A stretch of DNA of 64,000 nucleotides from Mobula hypostoma. Lineage: Eukaryota. Under the pieces are notes generated by a model. That model had not been told where the DNA came from, made no database searches, and saw only the letters and a program-made list of their open reading frames with translations. The stretch's first letter is position 1, and each line of letters starts with the position of its first letter. A program made the position numbers and the translations under genes. The stretch spans positions 177,692,001 through 177,756,000 of the forward strand of contig NC_086100.1 of the NCBI RefSeq assembly GCF_963921235.1, in the 5' to 3' direction. Below, piece after piece: positions 35,312-48,099 of this stretch.

Positions 35312-36105
35312 ACTGGAGGTGGAACGGAATGATGATGGCGCTAAATGGCGACTCCTTTGCTTACATCTTCAGAAACAGCTCTATTTCCATCTTTAATATC
35401 TTTATTTTCCCTTTCAGGGTTCTTTTGAAGACCCTGACTTGGAGTTACATGCTGACTACGGTTCTTTGTGGGAATGGGACCTGCCCTCGGGGTTTCATAA
35501 CCGGCCATTGTTGTTCAGCACACCAAGGGCTCGGCCTAAGAGTCTGGCTCGGCTTTGGAGGCCTAGGACCTCGCAGCTCTGGAGACGGGTGGATCAAAGA
35601 TCGGTGTCACTGCAGGAGACCCGTGAGTCGTCGGGTGAGTCAGAACATCTATGGCCAGGTCTTTGGGCACAGAGCTCGGAAAAAAAGCAACGTATTGGAC
35701 TTTTAACATCGTAAACTAGCAAGCTCTTTGTTATGTCTCCCCACTCGCTGCGAAAATGGAGACACTTCTTTCTCTCTTATTAAGGAGAGAGAGAGCCTGT
35801 GGTATGTTGAATACTGGGTGAAATGCGGTCTTCGGGGTAACTGCAAGTCTGTGTCTTTGCTGTTGCTTTGCTCACGCTTGAGTGCTTGGTGGCGGGTGCC
35901 GATGCTTTTTTTGCCAGTGGGGGGAGGGGGGGGTTGTTGCTTGCTGCCGCTTACGCGTTGGAGGGAGGGTGGACTTTGGGGTTCTAACATTTAACTGTTT
36001 GGGGCACTCCTCTGTTGTCATGGATGGTTGTGAAGAAAAGGCATTTCAGGATGTATATTGTATGCATTTCTCTGACATTAAATGAACCTTTGAAACCTTT
36101 GAAAA
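35312..36105 (+). mobile_element. Non-autonomous LINE-like retroposon
   Basis: Starts ggaggtggaacggaatgatGATGGCG and ends attaaatgaacctttgaaacctttgaa. Its 3' half is shared with 42170-42712. Confidence 0.6.
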
Positions 36106-37590
36106 TGAACTCCTAGAATCAACTTCTGCATATGCAAGGACCTGGACCCACAGCAATTTGCCTATCATTTCAAAAGGTCTACAGTAGATGCAATCTCACT
36201 GGCTCTCCATTCTGATCACCTGGACAATAGTAATACCTACATCAGGTAGGTATTACTATTGATTGCAGCGCAGTGTATAACAGAATCAAACTCTCAGTTC
36301 TAATCATCAAGATCCAAAACCTGGGCCTCTGTACTTCCCTCTGCAACTGGATCCATGACTTCCTCATTGGGAGATCACAGTCTGTGCAGATCAGAAATAA
36401 TTTCTCCTCCTCACTGACAATCAACACTGGCGCACTTCAAGGATGCGTGTTTAGCCCACTGCTCTACTCTCTCTACGTCCACAATTGTGGGGCTAGCCAC
36501 ACCTCAAGCACCATCGATAAATTTGCCAGCGGCACAAATTGTTGGCAGAATTTGGTAGTGGGTGCTGTGGTAGCGTAGTGGTTAGTGCTTCGCTATTACA
36601 GCACGGGGCATTCCGGAGTTTGGAGTTCAACTCCAGGGCCACTGTTTGAGCATTCTCTGTACCTCCTCCCCCAGGGTTTTCCCCGGGAAGTCCAAAGATG
36701 AGCTGGGTAGGTTAATTGTTCATTGTAAATTGTCCAGTGATTAGGTCAGGGTTGATTGGGGTTCCTGGGGCTGCCAGAAGGGCGCACTCTGCACTGTATT
36801 ACTAAATAAATAAGTATCAGACAGGGATGAAGTGGCGTACAGGAGCAAGATAGATCAGCTGGTTTGGTGGTGCCGCAGCAACAACCTTGAACTCAACATC
36901 AGGAAGACCAAGGAACTGACTGTGGAAAGGATGACCAGTTTCAAGTTCCTGGGTATCAACATCTCTGAGGATCTGTCCTGGGCCCAACATTTTGATACAA
37001 TTATAGCAGCTGTATTTTAGTACGAGTTTGAGAATCGGTATGTCACCAAAGGCACTTGCAAATTTCTACAGATGTGCCGCCGAGAGCATTCTAACTGGCT
37101 GCCTCATCGAGGGGTCACTGCACGGGATTTTTCTCATCGAGGGGTCACTGCACGGGATTGGAAAAAGCTGCAGAAAGTTGTGAGCTCTGCTTACTCCATC
37201 ATGGGCACCGGCCTCCCCAGCATCCAGGACAGCTCCAAAAGACGATGCCTCAAAAAGGCGGCATCCGTCAGAAAGAACCCTCATCACCCAGGACATGTTC
37301 TCTTTTCATTGCTACCATCAGGAAGAAGCTACAGGAGCCTGAAGACACACACTCAATGTTTCAGGAACAGCTTCTTCCCCTCTACCATCAGGTTTCTGAA
37401 TGGACATTGAGCCCATGAACACTTCCTCACGACCTTTTCCCTCTCTTTTTGCACTGCTCATTTAATTTTCTTCTTTAATATATACCTCTTATTGTCATTT
37501 ATAGCTTTTACTATTATGTATTGCAATACACTGCCGATACAAAACAACAAATTTCATAATGTATGCCATGCTACTGAACCTGATTCTGAA
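36105..37590 (+). mobile_element. Degenerate Rex1/Babar LINE with a V-SINE inserted at about 36555-36813
   Basis: LCNWIHDFL.GR.QSV, GALQGCVFSPLLYSLY, FKFLGINISEDLSW, FRNSFFPSTIRFLN, and a tgattc tail. Confidence 0.88.
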
Positions 37591-37735
37591 ATGCTGGAAG
37601 ATCTCGGCAAGTCAGAAGTATCTACGGAGAGGAATAAACAGTTGACGTTTTCAGCCAAGACTTCATCAGGATTTGACCTGGAGCATCGACTGTTTATTTT
37701 CCATCTACACAAGCTCCAGCACTTTGAGTGTGAGG
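37590..37735. mobile_element. Penelope-derived head-to-head mini-element with hammerhead motif
   Basis: Minus strand 37671-37639: tc CTGATGA a gtcttggct GAAA ac GTC aactg, followed on the plus strand by an inverted half (catcgactgtttattttcc). Confidence 0.65.
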
Positions 37736-38625
37736 CTTACATGTATGTTGCATCTTTCTGAACACCTTAAAACACTCTACATCCAATAAATTACCTCAAC
37801 TAATGTTATCACAGTTGTAATCAATTTGTACACAACTAGCTCCAACTGAGATCACCATGGTATTGACAAAACATTGTTTTTGTGACATTGATTAAAGGAT
37901 AAATATTGACTGGAGGACGTAGCTTCAGGGTCAGGGCAAAGAGGGGAATTTGAGGAAGAGGGTGGTTGAAATCTGGACTGCACAGTGCATTTAAGGATAC
38001 TTAAGCCAAGAGCCGGAAAATGGAATGGAAGTATAGGTGGGTAATTGATGGCCAGAAGAGACATAGTGGGCTGAAAGGCTTTTTTTCTGCCCTGTCTGAC
38101 TCCATGACATCCAGAGTTCCCTAGAATGAACCAGCAGATTCTGACCTGGAATTTCCCTGGTGTTGCCTGTGTTAATGCATTTTATACTTTGTCAATAGAT
38201 GTGGTCGATTTTTATGTGTAGGCAACATAAAAGTCATATTCCACACTTGAGTAATCCATTCACCTACATTCTGACTCAATATGACAATTGTTCGTAGTAC
38301 ATTCAATGGAAACAACCTCAAAAGCCTCATCGTACATGTCACTCTTTGACCCACAGACAGTTCCAACTACGGAAGAACATACAGAGTTAAAAGTCTTGTG
38401 CTGATCTGCAAACATAATTTAAAACAGGATATTTAACATTTATTTTAAATTACAGATGTAGAGTCTGTGCCCCAGCAGTCAGTGTCTATCCCTGAAGAGG
38501 CACTGAACGTCAGATGTCACAAGTTTCATATCGGCCAGGCAGCGTGAGAGAGGATGTTAATGTGACTTTCAAACAATGCTTTTGTTCTATGATGACTGTT
38601 ACTGAGGCAAGCTATTCTAATAATT

Positions 38626-38765
38626 ATCAGGGCAACACACACAAAATGCTGGGGGGGGACTTGGCAGATCACATAGCATATATAGAAAGGAATAAACAGC
38701 CGACATTTTGGGCTGAGACCCTTCAACAGGACTGGGAAAAAAAAAGAGATGAGAAGTCCTCGTCT
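38626..38765 (-). mobile_element. Penelope-derived hammerhead mini-element
   Basis: Flanking repeat taataatt at 38618-38625 and 38766-38773. Minus strand: cagtc ctgttga a gggtctcagccc aaaa t gtc ggctg. Confidence 0.7.
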
Positions 38766-40427
38766 TAATAATTTTTAGATTTATTTAATTGTTACACATT
38801 GGTTTCTGGCCATGACACACTACCTCACTATATTTTTTGCTCTCTTTTTGAACTACTTACTTAATTTAAGTTTTATATATATATTTCTTATTGTAACTGA
38901 TAGTGTTTTTATTATTATGTATTGCAATGTACTTCTACCACAAAACAACAAATTCCACGATATATGCCAATGATATGAAATCTGATTCTGATCCTGGTAG
39001 TTTGCCGTGGTATGTCGGGATCAGCAATCCAAAAGTTTAGCTGTTTAGACCAGTAACTTTACTTTTGCGATACCATGTGTGTAGAATGTGAAGTAAAATT
39101 ATATTTTTAAAATTACAGGTAGAAGGAATTCATTGTTGCAAATGTCATCTAACCTTGCAGCAGTACTGGAACTCATAAAAAAAAAGTGTTCCTTCAATAA
39201 TGAAAGGCAAAGTTGGCCAAGGACCAGACATAAAGAGCACCACGTGAATGGATGAGAAAGGATACCCATATACACCTTGTGGTTGAGGTTATATTAAAGT
39301 CAAAGTGGAGAACATTGTTATGGGCACAAGTCCATGTGTGCACAGGTACAGTGAAAAACTTACTTGCAACACCATCACAGGCTCAAAGCATCTGATAAGT
39401 AGCATTCACAAGACAAACATACAGTAAATTAAACACAATTTTTACAAGAAAAAACACAATCAGTGCAAAATAAAAGAAACTCCATTTTAGTACAAAATGC
39501 TAAGCTGCAGTGATTAGGGTTGTGCAGATTGGCCCAAGAAGTGAATGGCTGAAGGGAAGTAGCCGTACATGAACCTTGAACTCTGGCATTAAACAGACTC
39601 TAATAGTATGTTCTACTTCACTTCTCAAATTCAGTTCCATTGATAGACAGCTGCTATTACATCTTAGATTCATGCAGAACAAAAACAGGCCCTTCAGCTC
39701 ATTTTGTCTACACTGTCCAATGAGTACCCATCTAGATTAATCCCATTTACCAGCATATGGTCTGTCCTATTGTCTTATTTCACTTGTGATCATAAGACAC
39801 TGTTGGATCGTGTTAATGTAAGTTGCTGCAGGCCTGTTGCCCTTGTCTGGTAGACGGACAGTCGACATGGGAGTTGTGTAGCCTCAGTCGTAGCGAGAAT
39901 TAGGCCTCAAGCCTCGGGCTTGCCTGCTGCTGCAGACCAGGTGAGAGATGAGTGGGTGCTACAGCGTGGCTGCGCTCAGCTGGTGCTGCCCTCCTGTGTT
40001 CAAGTGGTGAAATGTTAGGCTGGATTGCAAATGTCTGTTCACTGCCAGACATCGCTTGCCAGACGCTGTCGCTCAGGGTCTTGAACTATGTATCTTTTTG
40101 AGTGAATATGTTTCTTTGCTCAATATTTTGAATTATGTTACTTGCTAGTTTGAACATTACTCGCTACTTTTCAATGTTTTCTTGCTATTTTGAACATTTT
40201 GCGCCTCAGTCCCAGAGGAACGCTGTATCTATGTATGGTTTGAATGATAATTAAACTTGATTTGATTTTGATTATTGATTTAAGTTTCCACCTAGATACT
40301 TTGTAAATGTTGTGGAGCATCTCAACTCTGGATATGAGTTCCAAATCGTAGCCAGCCATTCACCTTGATATCTCTTGCTTCCTACGTCCATGCCTCTCAC
40401 TTTAGACAGCTCAACCACAGGGAAAGA

Positions 40428-40680
40428 CCCGGCTGGTGGCATAGTGGCATCAGTGCCGGACTTTGGCACGAAAGGTCCTGAGTTCAAATCCAGCTGCTTT
40501 CCATCCGTGCGGGGTTATGAGCTGGTGATCTCTTTGGAAACTCACCTGGCAGAAGGCAATGGCAAACCACTGCTGTAACTTGCCTCGTACGCGGTTCCCC
40601 ACTATGTCAGAGAGGGGTGGAGGGAAATTGTCCACTAACCAGAGAAACTCTGGATGCGACGTACCTTTCCTACAGGGAAA
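40428..40680 (+). mobile_element. tRNA-derived SINE with RTE/Bov-B-like segment
   Basis: A box tggcatagtgg, B box gagttcaaatcc, and agaaggcaatggcaaaccact at 40551-40571. Confidence 0.65.
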
Positions 40681-40719
40681 AGGAGAAGTTCTTATTACTT
40701 GCCCTATTTATTTGTTCAG

Positions 40720-41102
40720 TCATTATGTGCCATGTTCAATGACGTGGGTGATTATGATCTTTCCACGCCCATCATTGTTCCTGACAAATTTTTCTACGGA
40801 AGTGGTTTGCCATTGCCTTCTTCTGGGAAGAGTCTTTACAAGATGGGTGACCCCAGTCATTATCAATACCCTTCAGAGATTGTCTGGCTGGCGTCAGTGG
40901 TTGCATAACCAAGACTGGTGATATGCATCAGGAGCTCAGATGACCAAACACCACCTGCTCTAATGGCGTCATGCGACCCTGATCGGTGGGGGGGGGGTCT
41001 AAGTGGGTGCTACACCTTGCCCAAGGGTGACCTGTTGGCTAGCAAAGGGAAGGAGCACCTTACACCTCCCTTGGTGGAGATATGTCTCCAACCCGCCACC
41101 CC
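40720..41102 (-). mobile_element. Non-autonomous RTE-related retroposon
   Basis: Carries the same agaaggcaatggcaaaccact on the minus strand (40801-40821) and has a structured GC-rich 5' end at about 41100. Confidence 0.55.
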
Positions 41103-41864
41103 TATTATACCCCTCTTAATTTTGTATACCTTTGTTCCCCCTCACCCTCCCCTGCTCCAGTCTATCCTACGACTGAAGTGCTCCATCGGAGGCAATGTGC
41201 TGGTGAATCTCCTGTATACCCTCTCAGTGCAATCCTACCCTTCCTCTTTTACGGTGACTAGAGCTACACTCCAGCTGTGACCCAACCAACGTGATGTTTT
41301 CTGAGGCAGCTGCTACTATACGGTGCAATTAGTAACACTGACTGGGGGTGCATTTCTCCTCCAAGTCAATGCCAATGCCTCCTCCCTCATTCTCAATAAA
41401 TTTGTTAATTGATTTCTCCCTCACTTTTATCATAGAATTGTACAAATGTAGGATACAGAAGGCTATTCAGCATTTTTTGGCCTCTGCTGGTTAAAGGAAC
41501 TATAGAGAATTTCCAGCTCTTGGTGCATAGTGCTAAAGGTTATCCAGATCACAACAACTGATCTATGTTCTTTTTAATCATAAAATCTGCAGATGGTCCG
41601 AGCAACGTGCACAAAATGCTGGAGGAACTCAGCAGGCCAGGCAGCATCTAGGAAAAGAGTACATTCGACATTTCGGGCCGTCAGGAGACACAGGAGCCTG
41701 AAGGCACGCACTCAACAATTCAGTGGATGTTGCTATATTCTTTATAGGTGTGGTTTAATTTCTACAGACCTTTATCTGGCATATCAGTGAATTCCAAATT
41801 TGAACTAAAGATGAGTAAAACTGTTTCTGATGTTTTTCTTAATTGTATTAGTCACTTTCTTGTC

Positions 41865-42135
41865 AGGCACAGTGGTATGTGAGCTATTTCCTTGCACTGC
41901 AACAAACCCAGGTTAGGTTTTGATCTCTCGTTGCGTCTGACTGGAGTTTGATTTTCCTGTGAACACGTGGTTTCCTCAAAGTGCTCTGGCTTGCACCAGA
42001 GAGATGGTGGCTGCTAGGTTAATCACTGAAAATGGGAGGTGGAGTGAGATGAATTTGATGGCAAGAGTGAACACATCACAGTGGAATAAATTGCGGAATG
42101 GGTCCAAAGGGATTGGTCTGAAAGCTGACATGCAT
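41865..42135 (+). mobile_element. Degenerate V-SINE
   Basis: ggcacagtgg head, then tggagtttg...gtggtttcctc..gtgctctggctt core. Confidence 0.55.
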
Positions 42136-42169
42136 TCAAAGGTGTCGCAAGAAAATGTAGGAAATAAAT

Positions 42170-42712
42170 AATTGGAAGTTCTTGCTTTGCCCTGAAGTCT
42201 CCCCGCTGTTGGACATCAAAATATTTTTTATATACCGATGCCAGGGTGGATATAAAGAGGAAATTTTGTGTAGCCATATCATCATAACTGTTTGTTGCCG
42301 ATACTCGAGCCATAGAATTTGGGGGAGAAAAGCGATGCGGCAGATTTTAACACCGTGAATCAGCAGGTTGTTTTGTTTGCTTCCCCTCTTGCTGAGTGAC
42401 ACCTCTGTGTCTCTTTATTAGGGGGAGAGACAGAGAGAGACTGTGGTTTCTCAAACTGTCAGGTGAAAGATTAGTCTTTGCTATTGCTTGCTTGGTGGGT
42501 GCAGGGTAAGTGTGTGGGGGGGGGTTCGATCCTTTGCTGCTGCTTGTGTGTGGGAGAGGGGAGTGGGGAGGGGCTTTGGGGTCCTAACTTTTTTTACTCA
42601 CACTCATTCTTTGGAGTACTCTTGTTTTTTTTTGTGGAAGTCTGTGAAGAACAAGAATTTCACGTTGAATATTGTATATATTTTCTGATATGAAATGGAA
42701 CTATTGAACTGT
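42170..42712 (+). mobile_element. Non-autonomous retroposon related to 35312-36105
   Basis: Shares tctttattagggggagaga, ctttggggtcctaac, tctgtgaagaacaagaatttc and the tail motif. Confidence 0.55.
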
Positions 42713-43082
42713 ATTTATGATAGGAGACATAGGCGACCCTCTCTACACCCATGGCTGTGTGGCTAGGCATAGCTCAAATGCCATCTATAAATTTGCTGAT
42801 GAAACAACCATTGTTGGCAGAATCTCAGATAGTGATGAGGGGGTGTACAGGAGTGAGATATACCAACTAGTTGAGTGGTGTCGCAGCAACAACCTTGTCA
42901 GCAAGACCAAAGAGCTGATTGTGGGTAAAACGAGGAAGCACGAACCAATCCTCATAGAGGGTTCAGAAGTGGAGAGAGTGAGCAATTTCAAGATCCTAGA
43001 TGTCAATATATCTGCAGACCTAACCTGGTCCCAACATGTTAATGCAGCTATAAAGAAGACAAGACAGTGGCTATATTTCATT

Positions 43083-46000
43083 CGGTTCTGTGGGAGAGAT
43101 CGAGAATCCCGGATGGTCTGTTGCCTCCCTGGTGCTGGGGTCCGCGATATCTTGGTATTCTCAGGAGACAGGGTGAGCAGCCAGATGTCATGGTCCACGT
43201 GGGGACCAATGACATAGATAGGAGTAGGGATGAGGTCCTGAAGAAGGAATATAGGGAGTTAGGAAAGAAGTTAAAAAGCAGGACCTCAAGGGTGGTAATC
43301 TCGGGATTGCTGCCTGTGCCATGAGACGGAGAGGGTAGGAACGGGAAGGTATGGCAGATGAATGTGTGGCTGAAGAGTTGGTGCAGGGGGCAGGAGTTCA
43401 GATTTCTGGATCATTGGGATCTCTTCTGGGGAAGGTCTGACCTGTACAGAAAGGATGGGCTGCACCTGAACTGGAAAGGGACCAATATCCTGGTGGGCAG
43501 GTTTGCAGAAGGACAAGGGCATGATGCTATGTGTTTTGAGTTGGTGAGGAAGGACAGGCAGGGGACAAAACATAAATGTAGACAGTTAGAGGGGTTGAAA
43601 TGTGTCTATTTCGACACAAGGAGTATTAGGAATAAAGGGGATGAACTTAGAGCATGAATCAGTACGTGGAACTACGATGTTGTGGCCGTTACTGAAACTT
43701 GGCTGGAGGAAGGGCAGGATTGGCTGATGCAGGTACCGGGGTTTAGGTGTTTTAAAAGGAATAGGATGGGAGGTAGAAAATGGGGGAGTAGCATTACTGG
43801 TCAGGGATAGTATCACGGCTGTAGAAAGGGAGGACACTGCAGAGGAATCGTCCACTGAGTCAGTGTGGGTGGAAGTCAGAAATGGGAAGGGATCAATCAC
43901 TGTGCTGGGAGTAGTCTATAGGCCCCAAATGGCCCTCGGGGAACTGAGGAGCAGATAAGCAGGCAGATTTTAGAATGGTGCAGGAAATACAGGGTTGTAG
44001 TTATGGGTGATTTTAACTTCCCTCATATTGACTGGAACCTCCTGAATGCAAGGGGGTTAGATGGGGCTGAATTTGTCAGGTGTGTTCAAGAAGGATTCCT
44101 GACACAGTATGTGGACCAGCTGACGAGGGGAGAGGCCATACTGTATCTAGTTCTGGGTAATGAACCTGGTCAGGTGGCAGACCTCTTGGTGGGGGAGCAT
44201 TTTGGTAAGAGTGACCACAACTCCCTTAGCTTCAGCATAGCTATGGAAAAGGATAAAAACAGACAAAATGGGAAAGTGCTTAACTGGGGAAGGGCTGACT
44301 ATGAAGGGATGAGGTAGGAACTCGCGAGAGTAAATTGGAAACAGATGTTCAAGGGTGAAAGCACAGAAGTAATGTGGAGGAAGTTTAAGGTCCACTTGTG
44401 CTGGGTTCAGGATAGGTTTGTCCCACTGAGACAAGGAAAAAATTGTAGGAAAAGGGAATCGTGGTTGACGAAACACGTGAGGCAACTCGTCAAGAGGCAG
44501 AAGGAAGCATATGTTAGATATAAAGAGCAGGAAGCAGAAGGGGCTCATGAGAAGTATAGGGTAGCCAGGAAGGAGTTTAAGAAAGGACTTAGGAGAGCTC
44601 GAAGGGGGCATGAGAAGGCCTTGGCATGTAGGATTAAGGAGCACCCCAAGGTGTTCTGTACGTGTGTGAAGAACAGAAGGATGACAAGAATGAATGTGCG
44701 ACCACTAAAGGATAAAGAAGGCAACATGTGCCTGGAGGCGGAGGAGGATGGGGAAGTCCTAAAGGAATACTTTGCTTCAGTATTCACAAGTGAAAAGGAC
44801 CTTGATCAGGGTAAGGTCGAAATAGAACAGGCCTGTGTGCTGGACAATGTGGAGATTAAGGAAGAAGAAGTGTTGGATCTTCTTAAAAACATCAAGATTG
44901 ATAAGTCCTCAGGGCCGGACATAATATACCCCAGGTTGCTGTGGGAAGTGAGAGAAGAGTTCACTGGAGCTGTAGCTATGATCTTTGAATCCTCTTTGAC
45001 TGCAGGGGAGGTGCCGGAGGATTGGAGAATGGCAAATGTAGCTCCCTTGTTTAGAAAAGGTAATAGGGAGAATCCTGGGAACTATAGACCGGTGAGTCTT
45101 ACGTTGGTGGTCTGCAAACTATTGGAAAGGATTCTTAAGGATAGGACCTAAAAGCATTTGGAGAAGTACAGTCTACTCAAGGATAGTCAACATGGCTTTG
45201 TGAAGGGAAGGTCGTGCCTCACGAGCCTAATTGAGTTTTTTGAAGAGGTAACAAAAGAAATTGATGAGAGTAGGGTGGTAGATGTGGTCTACATGGGTTT
45301 TAGCAAGGCATTTGAGAAGGTCCCTCACGAGAGACTCATCCAGAAAGTCATGAGCCATGGGATCAGTGAAACCTTGGCTGTTTGGATAAAAGATGGGCTT
45401 ACAGGAAGAAAGCAGAGGGTAGTAGTGGAAAGAAAGTATTCTGTCTGGAGGTCAGTGACTAGCGGAGTGCTGCAAGGATCCGTCCTGGGACCCCTGCTCT
45501 TTGTGATTTTTACAAATGACCTGGATGAAGAGGCAGAAGGATGGGTGAGTAAGTTTGTGGATGACACGAAGATTGGAGGAGTTGTGGATGGAGCTGTAGG
45601 TTGTCGAAGGTTACAAGAGGATATAGACAGGATGCAGAGTTGGGCAGAAAAGTGGCAGATAAAGTTCAATCTGGATAAGTGTGAGTTGATGCATTTTGGA
45701 AGGACAAACCAGAAACCTGAGTACAGTACAGAGTTAATGGTCGGTTACTTAAGAGTGTGGATGAACAGAGGGACTTTGGGGTTCAAATCCATACACCCCT
45801 CAAGGTCGCTGCACAGGTTGATAGGATAGTTAAGAAGGCCTTTGGGGGTGGGGAGCTGGCTGGTGGCGCAACGACATCTGTGCCAGACCCGGGAGCGGAG
45901 GTTCCCGGGTTCAAAACTAGTTGGGTCCGCCCCCGAGTACGCTTTCCATCAGTACTGCGTTGAGTGTCGAAAACACAACTCGACCTCGTAAAACAAAGGG

Positions 46001-46758
46001 AAAATACTGCGAAAAATATCTGTGTGAGGAGTGGCACGCCACACAGTCTCTCTCTCCGCGCCTTGTAAAAGCCATGAAAAAGACATCATCACGCACGCAA
46101 GCACATGTAAAAAGAAAGGCCTATGGGATGCTAGGCTTCATTAATAGGGGGACTGAGTTCAAGAGTAGAAAGAGTAAAGAGGTCATGTTGCAACCCTACA
46201 AATCTCTGGTGAGACCACGCTTAAGAGTATTGTGTTCAGTTCTGGTCACCTCATTATAGGAAGGATGTGGAAGCTATGCAGAGGGTGCAGAGGAGATTTA
46301 CCAGGATGTTGCCTGGATTGGAAAACAAGTCTTATGAGGCAAGGTTAGCAGAGTTAGGACTTTTCTCTTTGGAGGGTAGAAGAATGAGAGGGGACTTGAT
46401 AGAGGTCTACAAGATTATGAGAGGCGTAGATAGGGTGGATAGCCAGTACCTGTTTCCCAGGGCATGAATAGCAAACACCAAAGGGCATATGTACAAAGTT
46501 AAGGGAGGGAAGTTTAGGGGAGACATCAGTGGTAAGTTTTTTTACACAAAGGGTTGTGGGCGCCTGGAATGACTTGCCAGGGATGGTGGTGGAGGCTAAA
46601 AAATTAGGGGTATTTAACAGCCTCTGGGACAGGAACATGGATGAAAGAAAAATAGAGGGTTATGGGGTAGTGTGGGTTTAGTACTTTTTTTTAAAAGGAA
46701 TATATGGGTCGGCACAACATCGAAGGCCAAAGGGCTTGTACTATGCTGTAGTATTCTA
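43083..46758 (+). mobile_element. Long CR1 LINE of a second subfamily (esterase ORF1 remnant, APE-RT ORF2), inactivated
   Basis: HVGTND and DGLHLN in ORF1; GDFNFP, SDHN, NYRPVSL, QGSVLGPLLF and KFVDDTKIGG in ORF2 fragments 44003-45829. Multiple stops and frameshifts; tail tgtagtattcta. Confidence 0.93.
45847..46115 (+). mobile_element. tRNA-derived SINE inserted in the CR1
   Basis: Head ggctggtggcgcaacgac...gggttcaaaac resembles 40428; A-rich end; TSD aaggcct(t/a)tggg at 45835-45846 and 46116-46127. Confidence 0.75.
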
Positions 46759-46934
46759 ATAGGAGTTTGAGGAGATTTGGTTTGTCACCTAAAACACTCG
46801 AAAACTTCTATAGATGTGTTGTGGAGAGCATTCTGACAGGCTGCATCACTGTCTGGTATGGTGGGGGAGGGGGGGTGTTGGTGACTACACAGGATTGAAA
46901 TTAGTCAGCTCCATCATGGGTATCTGTAGTATCC

Positions 46935-47026
46935 TGCTGAAGGGTCTCGGCCCAAAGCGCAGACTGTTCTTTGTTCCATAGATGCTGCCTGGCCTGCTGA
47001 GCTCCTCCAGCATTTTGTGTGTGTTG
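46935..47026 (+). mobile_element. Penelope-derived hammerhead mini-element with 12-bp TSD
   Basis: TSD tctgtagtatcc at 46923-46934 and 47027-47038. Sequence (c)tgctga a gggt-ctcg-gccc aaag cgca gactg. Confidence 0.8.
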
Positions 47027-48099
47027 TCTGTAGTATCCAAGACATCTTCAAGGAGTGGTGCCTCAGGAAGGCAGTGTCCACTATTAAGGACCCCCATCAC
47101 CCTCTTCTCATTGTTACCATCAGGAGGAGGTACAGAATGCTGAAGGCACACACTCAACAATTCAGGAACAGCTTCTTCCCCTCTACCATCCGATTTCTAA
47201 ATGGACATTGAACCTTTGAACACTACCTCACTACTTTTTTAATAAACCTTTGCACTACTTATTTTAACTGAGCTATTTAATATATACATATTTACTGAAT
47301 TCATTGTACTGCTGCCCGGAAGTTAACAAATTTCACGACATATACTGGTGTTATTAAACCTGATTCTGAAAAAAAACACGGATTATGTTATTTTTCTTGG
47401 AATCTTCTGGGTAGAATTCCAAAGTGGAAGCCACTGAGGATCGTTGGCTCTCAGTTCAGTCCTCTTCTCTACTCTGTGATGCTTGCCAAAGCCTCATCCA
47501 CTCAGTTGCTGAGAGAACAAAGCCTTACTGTTCATCTTGCTGATGATAAGTAAAGGTTACAGGGAAAAGACAAGAGAATGGAGTAGAGATTCTCAGCTGT
47601 ATCTCAATAAACGACTAATAAGCCAGCCATGGCCGAATGGTGTTGCAGACTCAATGGGCAGAATAGTCTAACTTTGCTCCCATGTATGGCCTTATAATTT
47701 ATAAAAAAAACTATCAGATCACCTCTCACTATCTTTCCGAGCGCATCCTCTCAGTCCTCTTTAATTTGCATGCATTTGTAAATCAGAACTCTGCACATAT
47801 AAAATGCTAAAACAAAGTAGTCTCCAATGCTGTTCTCAAGGGGACCCGAGCTATTGTTACACGTGTACATTCACACACTCCGGAAGGAGCGTTCTTGACC
47901 ACATCCCCAATGCTGACAGTTTACCCCTCCAGACAAGTGGTGGCGCTGTGAGCAGCATCCGGGCACCTCCAGGGCTCTGGTTCTAACCATTGCTTTGAAG
48001 GAGGCTTCAACTTTTCGACTGAAGTGAAAATTAAAGAAAATTACACATACAAGGCAAATGAATATTTCAGAATGATAAAGGGGTCGGCTTTATCCAAAT

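Larger units (their letters stand above)
42735..47370 (+). mobile_element. Rex1/Babar LINE 3' half split by a CR1 (43083-46758) and a Penelope mini-element (46935-47026)
   Basis: [26 protein letters not shown]...QWLYFI up to 43082; the sequence resumes aggagtttgaggagatttgg at 46761; cctgattctg tail. Confidence 0.9.
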
